DNA from: a virus
IMG/VR virus record: IMGVR_UViG_3300037755_001058
Coordinates: 27,854 to 91,853 of that record
Strand: one strand, 5' to 3'
DNA: 64,000 nucleotides
Shown here: positions 57,076-64,000 of the stretch, in pieces
Layout: each line of letters opens with the position of its first letter
Numbering within the stretch: the first letter of the stretch is position 1
Translations under genes and position numbers: made by a program
Notes under the pieces: model-generated
What the model saw: only the letters and a program-made list of their open reading frames with translations
What the model was told of the DNA's origin: nothing
The model's database searches: none

Positions 57076-57890
57076 CAGAACTCGTCCCTGAACTGCCCGA
57101 GACGGCCACCCCGGCGGTGCCCCCAGGCACCATCGCTGCCGCTGATCCCGAACTCATGGACGTCGTAGTCAGCCTCCGCATTCTCAATGTGATGCGCTCC
57201 CCCGGCCAGCATCACGCGCCGACCCTGGACCGATGCCCGAATCTCCTCCGGATCGCTCATCTTGTCCTGACGAGCGATCCGGAGCATCTGGTCAACCCAA
57301 GACGGAAGCCGAGTTCCGAATGCCACGTTCTTGGCGATCGCGGCAAGCGCCTGGTCCATCCTGCGGCTCTCGAGGAAATGGATGTGGGGGCGCGGAGGGA
57401 CGACCACGATTCCACCGCTTTCGAGACCGCTCTCCACGAATAGCTCGCTGGCCTTCGACAGGCCGATGTTCTCGGCTGCCTTGGCAACCAGAGCACCGAA
57501 CGCCCGAGCGTCCATCTTGACGGCGTACCCGGAGTCCAACATCTGAGCAATTCGGACCCAGTTCTTCTGGTTTCCATCCGAGTTCATCGGATCTGGCCCG
57601 AACGTGATGACCGCCGACTTCGATCCCTTCTTGACGATCACATGGTTCGCCAACGTAGAGAGTGGCCGGTGGTACCCTGTCAGGTAGATGGTCAGCTCCG
57701 CGAGCTTGGGGGCCACACCGGCCCTGAGCCTACCCCTGTACACGGCAGCGAGGATGACCGCCGCCCTGTACGGGACGCTGTTCTCGGCTTCTGCCAATCG
57801 CTGCGAGGTACGGCCCAACACGCCGATGAAGGCGTTGAGCTTCTGCCTCGTATTCGACCAGCCGAGGACCTCTACCAAATCGTGCTCCAC
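57075..57890 (-). CDS. Neck/tail completion protein
   Basis: PKLAELT, RIAQMLDSG, VPPRPH motifs typical of virion morphogenesis proteins. Confidence 0.55.
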   Translation of the reverse strand: MEHDLVEVLGWSNTRQKLNAFIGVLGRTSQRLAEAENSVPYRAAVILAAVYRGRLRAGVAPKLAELTIYLTGYHRPLSTLANHVIVKKGSKSAVITFGPDPMNSDGNQKNWVRIAQMLDSGYAVKMDARAFGALVAKAAENIGLSKASELFVESGLESGGIVVVPPRPHIHFLESRRMDQALAAIAKNVAFGTRLPSWVDQMLRIARQDKMSDPEEIRASVQGRRVMLAGGAHHIENAEADYDVHEFGISGSDGAWGHRRGGRLGQFRDEF

Positions 57891-57931
57891 TGGACGAGAT
57901 TACCACACATCTCGACCAACGTCCATGCCGG

Positions 57932-58354
57932 TCAGTCGTACCTCGTCGCACCGCTCAAGGCGGGGCTCCGATCTGTCAAGGTCACCGACCATCCGTCGAA
58001 GCCACCATCCGGACTTCCCACGGATCTGTTCCTAGGGAATGCCGGTTCGGCACTCATGACGAACAACTTCTCTCCACTTGCCAACTCCACCAGATCGTTG
58101 GTCTGTGGCACCCACAATGCCGTCGGAGGGCGATCCCTTTTCAGGATATGCAGAAGCGATCTCTTGGCCTCATCGCGCCCAGGATAGCCCGCCTCAGCCT
58201 GATTGCGAAGGGTGTTGTACACCTTGGCCTTCATCTTGAACGATGTCGACCTAGTGTCCGCGGCAATCACCGAAGTGTCGCCGAGCTCATCGGGCGTCTG
58301 ATCCACCATGGGACGAATGGTGACCATCTGAGATCTGACGAGTCGAACCCTCAT
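57932..58354 (-). CDS. Head closure/stopper-like protein
   Basis: Beta-rich, about 140 aa; follows the adaptor with an ATGA overlap. Confidence 0.5.
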   Translation of the reverse strand: MRVRLVRSQMVTIRPMVDQTPDELGDTSVIAADTRSTSFKMKAKVYNTLRNQAEAGYPGRDEAKRSLLHILKRDRPPTALWVPQTNDLVELASGEKLFVMSAEPAFPRNRSVGSPDGGFDGWSVTLTDRSPALSGATRYD

Positions 58355-59676
58355 ACCACCCGTCCATCGCCACACCTGAGCGACCAAGGGCCAGGCATGA
58401 TACGATACTCGGCAAGGATTCGGTCGACAGTTACATCTCCAGTGACGCCCATACCGATGGCACTCTGGTGGTACGTTACCCTGGCATCTCTTGTTGCCTC
58501 GGTCTCCACCCGATTACTGGTCCCTTGAGCCCGCGCGTCGTCTGCGTCAGCCCCGAGGGATAGAGACTGCCATCTGATCAAGCCCACGATGGCCTGCTTC
58601 ACCCGAATCGGTAACGTCTTTCCGATGCCTGTGAGGCCCCAAGTTGCGGTGATCTTCACATCGAGGGCCGGGTCCCACACGCCACCGATGCGTTCGAGAT
58701 ACGGCTGCCTAGCGTCACGGCCCCTCACCCTGAAGGCAACGTCACGGTTGAGGATCGCGTCGACGACGGTCTTATCGCCCCACGGCTCGGTCAGCTCGAT
58801 GTCGGGGTCCGTGCCACCATCCTGTGGGAGCAGGATGGGAACCGGAAGGTACAGACGGCTACCTTGGCCACGCAGCGAATGGAACGTCCCCGTCCATGCG
58901 GGAATCCAACACCCGGTGTTCTCGATGAACAGCTCGACGGCGGCCCGCCGCAACTCACGTAGGTCTTCGTCGTTGATGTGACCAGTCGTCCACCCGGTCC
59001 ACCGCCTGATGTAGTACAGGCTGGCCCACGCCGCCGGATCGAGGCCGGTACTCGGTTCCCAACCATCGAAGTGGGCGAGCACCGCTGACGAATCGGCTGC
59101 CTTGACAACAATGACATCTGACAGACCAGGACCCGATGGGGGGTCCACCTTCACCTGTACTCGTCCACCCTCCGTGAATACTACCGTCTCGTAGTACCAT
59201 GAGTCGGTCTGTCCAGGGACCTGTACCATGGGCTGAGGCCACGAGATTGCCACCCCATTTTCGTCCCTTCCTACCTGAGCCGCTTCTGTATCGAACAGAC
59301 CCAACTCGGCAGAGACAGGCGAGGTCGGAATGACGCAAGCCACGGTGTACGTGGTCTCGGGTACCGTATCCTCGACAGGATCATCAGACGCTCTTGACCT
59401 GATGATCACGGCCGGCTGATCAGCCCCGCCGATGGAGAATCGAGCCCAGAACGGACCCTCCGACAGCAGGGCCAATTCAACAGAGTACACCCCCTCAGCA
59501 CCCTCGACCATGGACACCGGAAGTACTAGGGCATCACCTGCCGAATCCACCCCAACATCGATCCCGTCGAGCCCGTATAGAGCTACCAACTCGACACTGG
59601 CTCCGGCCGTCCTTGGATTGGTGGCCAATGTCAGATCGAATGTCTCGCCAGCCACGCAGCGGACAGTGTCGCCCAT
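58351..59676 (-). CDS. Head-tail adaptor with N-terminal Ig-like domains
   Basis: AVELFIENTG, VKITATWG..LPIRVKQAI, VDRILAEYR adaptor pattern. Confidence 0.65.
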   Translation of the reverse strand: MGDTVRCVAGETFDLTLATNPRTAGASVELVALYGLDGIDVGVDSAGDALVLPVSMVEGAEGVYSVELALLSEGPFWARFSIGGADQPAVIIRSRASDDPVEDTVPETTYTVACVIPTSPVSAELGLFDTEAAQVGRDENGVAISWPQPMVQVPGQTDSWYYETVVFTEGGRVQVKVDPPSGPGLSDVIVVKAADSSAVLAHFDGWEPSTGLDPAAWASLYYIRRWTGWTTGHINDEDLRELRRAAVELFIENTGCWIPAWTGTFHSLRGQGSRLYLPVPILLPQDGGTDPDIELTEPWGDKTVVDAILNRDVAFRVRGRDARQPYLERIGGVWDPALDVKITATWGLTGIGKTLPIRVKQAIVGLIRWQSLSLGADADDARAQGTSNRVETEATRDARVTYHQSAIGMGVTGDVTVDRILAEYRIMPGPWSLRCGDGRVV

Positions 59677-59679
59677 GGC

Positions 59680-60330
59680 TCACCCCACCCTGAACGCGCG
59701 TCCCGCCAGGTCAAGCGAGAAGGAAACCACCCACGTCAAGGCTACCGCCGCCGAGAAGATGGGATCATCACCGGTGTCGACCGTAGTCATCACCAGCCTC
59801 AACGATCCAAGAGGCTGCCCGGCAGAGAAGTACGTGTCCACCGGTAGAAGCAGCTCACCACAGTACACACCCGTAGGAGTGACCTGCTCGACCGTGTCTC
59901 CATCTTCGATGTCGAAGTTCCCAGTACCGGCGTGGATCGTGATCGTGGTTCCATCCGGAACGGTCAGGACCTCGTAGACGTGAGATGCTCCCTTGTCCTT
60001 CGCTCTCAGGTAGTCCCCAGAGCTGAAGGGACTCGAGTCGTCCACCGTGAGTGTGTGGATGTTCTCACCACCACCCCCACTACCGGCCCCATACACTGGG
60101 AAAGCAGTGAGAGCAGCCTCCTCACCACCCACCGGGTACGCCACCTCTGACATCTTCGGAGCCACCCAGCTCTCTGCCACCTCGAGATCGGTGACGGTGG
60201 AGCCAACCGTGAGCATCGCCTCCTGGAGGAGGAAGGCCTCTGGCTTCCCACTCTCCGCCGGAGAGGTCTCCATCAGCAGGGAGAGGCGGTGCGTTGTACC
60301 CGCCTGGACGGGTTCTGCCCTGACGGTCAT
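59680..60330 (-). CDS. Virion structural protein
   Basis: In the head operon; TLTVDDSSPFSSGD beta-barrel motif; GAGG SD before ATG 60330. Confidence 0.55.
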   Translation of the reverse strand: MTVRAEPVQAGTTHRLSLLMETSPAESGKPEAFLLQEAMLTVGSTVTDLEVAESWVAPKMSEVAYPVGGEEAALTAFPVYGAGSGGGGENIHTLTVDDSSPFSSGDYLRAKDKGASHVYEVLTVPDGTTITIHAGTGNFDIEDGDTVEQVTPTGVYCGELLLPVDTYFSAGQPLGSLRLVMTTVDTGDDPIFSAAVALTWVVSFSLDLAGRAFRVG

Positions 60331-60366
60331 CGAAACCTCAGGCCCCACTGGGCGTCACTCGAAGGA

Positions 60367-61317
60367 TCAGTAGGGGCGGTACTCCTTGAGGAAGACGCGC
60401 AGGATGCCCGCGCCGGCCGTGAACGCCGTGGGGGCAGCCTCGACCTCGATGTCGAGGTTGTCGCCGGGGGCGAACTGCGACCCGGTCGGCGAGGCGCCGG
60501 TCGGGGCCGAGCCGAGGGCCGTGGCGGCCAGGAGGATCTGCAGGTCGCTGGTCGTGTCCGCCGTGCCGCTGATGCCGGTGCGGAGCGTGATGTCCCCGCC
60601 AGCGCCGGCCCCATCCTCGCCGGGGATGTACTCGTAGTACGAGACCTCACCACCCCAGGGGAACTCGGGGAGCTTCGCCCCATCGACGGCCAGGGCCCCT
60701 GCACCGAGGCCGTAGAAGTCAGTCAGGTCGACGTGGAAGTCCATGTGGCCACCCGGGTAGGCGACGAGCGTGGACGGATCGGTGGTGTCGGCCATCTCGC
60801 CGGTCTTCTTGGCCGTGTCGGTGTAGTACGGCCTGCCAATCGACTTGGTCGCCACGTCGATGACGGTGTCCGCCGACCTGTGGAACCGGATGGACCCGAC
60901 GATCGCGAACGTCGAGTTCTTCTCGTCGAGTCCGAGGTACGTCGCGATCTCGGCGAAGGTGGGCTCGACGGCAGACGCCACGGCAGCCACGGTGCCGGGG
61001 ACCCACAGCTTCGAGAAGGCACCGGCGTTCTTGTGCCGCATCAGAACCAGAGCGAACCAGACCGCCTGCCCTGTGGTGAGGTAGTTCGCCTCGTCGACGA
61101 GGGTGACCTCTTCGGCCGGGAGCTCCTTGACGTAGCCGAAGACCCTGGCTACGCCTCCCGTGCTGCGTGCCACGAGGACGGTGTCACCGGCTCCCGTGAC
61201 CTGCGAGCTGAGGGTGTCGATCGATGGCGTGACATCGATGCCCACGAGCTCGATCGGCTTGAGTGGCACGACCTCTCCGCCGGCAACGTGTGCGGCGTTC
61301 TGAACGTCGAAGCTCAT
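60367..61317 (-). CDS. Capsid decoration/cement-like protein
   Basis: Downstream of the MCP; very high GC3 bias like the MCP; beta-rich. Confidence 0.5.
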   Translation of the reverse strand: MSFDVQNAAHVAGGEVVPLKPIELVGIDVTPSIDTLSSQVTGAGDTVLVARSTGGVARVFGYVKELPAEEVTLVDEANYLTTGQAVWFALVLMRHKNAGAFSKLWVPGTVAAVASAVEPTFAEIATYLGLDEKNSTFAIVGSIRFHRSADTVIDVATKSIGRPYYTDTAKKTGEMADTTDPSTLVAYPGGHMDFHVDLTDFYGLGAGALAVDGAKLPEFPWGGEVSYYEYIPGEDGAGAGGDITLRTGISGTADTTSDLQILLAATALGSAPTGASPTGSQFAPGDNLDIEVEAAPTAFTAGAGILRVFLKEYRPY

Positions 61318-61619
61318 GGCTCTGTCTCCGGACTGCTGATGGGGATGGCCTTGATCCTCTCGATGGCCTCAACCTGGTGAGGAAGCAACCCATTCGTCTC
61401 TTTCGGCGTCTCTTCCGTCTTCTTCCACCTGCGCGGTGTAGACTTCGGAGCATCCTCGCCCTTCCGAACCCACCCGGGGGTTCTATCGAGCTTGGCTGCC
61501 ATGATGGCATGAGACTCGAACCGTTCCGGGTCCAAGATGATGGTGTACCCGTAGGGTACGAACCTTCCTGGAGTCCTTGGGTTCGGGGCACGCCTTCGAG
61601 CGACGACGAACTTGACTAC
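61314..61619 (-). CDS. Small head-associated hypothetical protein (start uncertain)
   Basis: AGGAGG at 61631-61626 with in-frame GTA at 61619; the first canonical start is TTG 61535. Confidence 0.45.
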   Translation of the reverse strand, partial: VVKFVVARRRAPNPRTPGRFVPYGYTIILDPERFESHAIMAAKLDRTPGWVRKGEDAPKSTPRRWKKTEETPKETNGLLPHQVEAIERIKAIPISSPETEP

Positions 61620-61643
61620 TGGGCACCTCCTACTGGGTCAGGA

Positions 61644-63065
61644 TCACGGAAGGACGTCGAACCTCGGGCTGATGATGTCGTCCACGAGGGCCATGCCATC
61701 GTAGTCGGCCACCATGAAGTCGAGATCCATGTGAACGATGATCTCGATGACCTCGTCGTTCGGGTAGAACACCGTGTAGATGCGCACCCCGTTCCGGATG
61801 ACGGTCAGAAGGTACCGCCAGATCCCGAGGAACAGCGGCTGCAGGTCAGCCCACCTGACCGCGTAGCTGCTGGCGGTCGTCGACACGATGGTCTGTCCGA
61901 GCGTCGAGGTGGTCGTCACCGTGTTGTTCGGGGTCGAGAAGTCGACGGCGAGGGTCTCCTCGACTCCCGTGTCGACGCACACGATGGTCACGTAGCGCTG
62001 CCCATCGTCGCCAGTGGCGGAGCGATCGACCCCAGAGGTCGCCAGGGTATTGATCGTGATCGTGATCGTACCATCGCCGTTGTCCACGACCGAGTCGGGG
62101 TCGAGACCGTCGTAGCCCTCGCCGGAGCTGAACCCGTCGTCCGGAAACTGCGGGACGACCACACCGGTGCGTCCCAACGGGTTGGCCTGGGCGCCGACCG
62201 CGTTCAGGAGGCCCATGCCGAGCTCGTTCACGATGCTGGGGTGGGAGTTGCTCGGGTTCGCCCCCAGGGCCGAGAGCTCGGTGAGCCACCGGCTGACCAG
62301 GGTGTCCGTCAGCCCCCACGCGAGCGCCGAATCCTTCCGGTACGGCTTCTCGATCTGGTGGAGCATGCCCGCCCAGATGCCGTTGTGGTAGCTGAACCCG
62401 TCGGCCTGGCTGACATAGTTCGAGCTGTTGGCGCGGATCTTCGTGAACCACCCGTCGGCCGTCGATCGCTGGATGTTCAGGTCCGAGTCGGTCGGAAGGG
62501 ACATGTCGCCGTTGACGCCGAGGTCGGCCAGAACGTTCCCGATGCCCACGGCGACGCCGGTCTGGATCAAGTTGTTGACGTTCTGACCCGCCCGAGCCGC
62601 CGCTCGGATGGCATCCAACCTGATGCCGAATGCACCGGACATCGTCTTGGTCTCGAACGTCTTGTGGTCGGTCGTGGGCTTGTGCAGCGGGATGTTCTTC
62701 CGTGGCCCGTCGGTCGCGACGGGGGCCATCCGGAAGTTCCGGTCATCCCACATGTCGAGGTACCCCGTCCGCTCGTCCACGCCCCGAAACGAGGTGAACC
62801 GAAGCCAGTCCGACTCCTGACGGACCCTGGAGAACAGGCCGATCTGGGCGATCCGGTTGAGGGACGAGCCCGCGGGCTCGTCCTCCACGCTGAAGTAGCC
62901 AGACCCGCCGCTCTTGGTGCTGACGGAGAGACCACCCCCGGCGACCACGCGACCACCGCTGCTCGCCGGTGAGGCGTTGCGCTCGGTGACAACCGGGACC
63001 TTCTGTCCGCCGGCGAAGAGGCCCTGCACGGCCCTCAGGGACTCCTGAACGATGACGTCGGCCAT
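61644..63065 (-). CDS. Major capsid protein (HK97 fold, P2-family-like) with an inserted beta domain
   Basis: LADLGVNGD...DGWFTKI, IEKPYR, IIVHMDLDF; follows the scaffold; strongest codon bias. Confidence 0.8.
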   Translation of the reverse strand: MADVIVQESLRAVQGLFAGGQKVPVVTERNASPASSGGRVVAGGGLSVSTKSGGSGYFSVEDEPAGSSLNRIAQIGLFSRVRQESDWLRFTSFRGVDERTGYLDMWDDRNFRMAPVATDGPRKNIPLHKPTTDHKTFETKTMSGAFGIRLDAIRAAARAGQNVNNLIQTGVAVGIGNVLADLGVNGDMSLPTDSDLNIQRSTADGWFTKIRANSSNYVSQADGFSYHNGIWAGMLHQIEKPYRKDSALAWGLTDTLVSRWLTELSALGANPSNSHPSIVNELGMGLLNAVGAQANPLGRTGVVVPQFPDDGFSSGEGYDGLDPDSVVDNGDGTITITINTLATSGVDRSATGDDGQRYVTIVCVDTGVEETLAVDFSTPNNTVTTTSTLGQTIVSTTASSYAVRWADLQPLFLGIWRYLLTVIRNGVRIYTVFYPNDEVIEIIVHMDLDFMVADYDGMALVDDIISPRFDVLP

Positions 63066-63101
63066 TGCCTGGCTCCTCTTCTGCGAAAGTCGAGTTGTGG
63101 A

Positions 63102-64000
63102 TCAGCCGCCGAGGTTGCCGAGCACCCTGCTGGGCACTTCGACCTGGTACGGATCTTCGTCGTTGGCCGAGAATGATCCCAGCCCGTAGGGGAGCGAGTC
63201 GTCGCCACCACCGTCGCCACCCCCATCACCGGAGGCAGGAGCGTCACCACCGTTTTCGTACGCCCGGAGGCACGCCACGATGGCCTCGGAGACCGATGGG
63301 GCGACCAGCGACCGAACGGTCTGGGCGAGCTCGCCATCGGGCGAGCTCTTCAGCTCGGAGGTGATGAACTTCGAGAGCGCCGAGCGCATCGAAGCCGCGA
63401 CCTGAAGGTTCTCCGGGGCGGCCGAGTCGATGTTGATGCCGCCGACCGCGCCGGCGATCAGGCTGGCAAGTGCCGACCCATCGGCGCCGCCGAGGAGGGA
63501 GAGCACGGTGGCGGTGTCCCACTGGGTCACACCGTTGTCGCCCCACGAGAACTTCTTCGCCTGCTCGGGCGCCTTCTCACGGGCCTGGTCGAGGGCGGAC
63601 TTCACGACGTTCATGAACCCGACGGGATCCTCGTTGGCGATCCGCTGCAGGTCCGAGAGGTTGAGGTTCATCGACTTCTCCGTGTCATCCGTGTTCTCGA
63701 GGGCACCGAGCTCTCTGAGCAGCCTCAGGGCCTCGTCGAGCTTGGACTGATCTTGCTTGCTGTGCCGGGCACCAGCCAGGAGGGACTGGACGAGCCGGAC
63801 GGCCTCAGCCTTGGTGGCCTCGGTTGGCGCAACACCCACGACTCCAGACGGCATGGACCATGCCCATGAGGCGAATGCTGCCGACAGCTCGGCGAACTGG
63901 GCGAGAACGGCTTCGGAGGTGGACGGAAACTCTCCGCTGTCTCGCATGATGCTGAGGACGGCGTCCTCCATCATGGGCAGCGCGATGGAAACGCCCTGGA
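63102..64000 (-). CDS. Scaffold/protease C-terminal part (start probably beyond the window)
   Basis: Helical, acidic protein immediately upstream of the MCP. Confidence 0.55.
   Translation of the reverse strand, partial: QGVSIALPMMEDAVLSIMRDSGEFPSTSEAVLAQFAELSAAFASWAWSMPSGVVGVAPTEATKAEAVRLVQSLLAGARHSKQDQSKLDEALRLLRELGALENTDDTEKSMNLNLSDLQRIANEDPVGFMNVVKSALDQAREKAPEQAKKFSWGDNGVTQWDTATVLSLLGGADGSALASLIAGAVGGINIDSAAPENLQVAASMRSALSKFITSELKSSPDGELAQTVRSLVAPSVSEAIVACLRAYENGGDAPASGDGGGDGGGDDSLPYGLGSFSANDEDPYQVEVPSRVLGNLGG

Noticed and set aside
61263-62972. 569-aa + strand ORF
   Set aside because: Antisense shadow of the major capsid gene
1-64000. Abundant TCGA/GATC palindromes as evidence of restriction immunity
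   Set aside because: Largely explained by NTC-GAN codon pairs in high-GC3 genes; it would need a codon-aware statistical test

Overview
This window is part of a high-GC tailed phage genome with a contractile (myovirus-type) tail. The + strand (1-45992) carries replication, recombination and nucleotide-metabolism genes: a family A DNA polymerase, a separate 5'-3' exonuclease, an NAD-dependent ligase, a DinG-type helicase, a PC4-like SSB, VRR-NUC and Cas4-like nucleases, dCMP deaminase, ThyX, an intein-containing class II ribonucleotide reductase and tRNA-Arg(CCU). The portal, a baseplate/tail-fibre block and the terminase are interspersed among these. The - strand (45993-64000) carries the head-neck-tail operon and a small lysis-type membrane cassette. 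The strongest candidate for an undescribed system is a cytosine hypermodification pathway at about 2.2-16.8 kb. It includes a thymidylate-synthase-fold enzyme with the dCMP-specifying Asp, a dimeric dUTPase/dCTPase, two P-loop kinases, an NDT/DNPH1-like hydrolase and a class I SAM methyltransferase. It also includes a C5-cytosine MTase homolog whose motif X Asn is replaced by Arg, the type of change linked to carboxy-SAM use (carboxymethylcytosine). Other notable observations are a full-length fused type IIB (Topo VIII-like) topoisomerase, a shared beta-module in the capsid, baseplate and tail fibre proteins, a mini terminase-like peptide, and an HNH intein next to the RNR catalytic Cys. All calls come from motif reading by eye; no searches were run.
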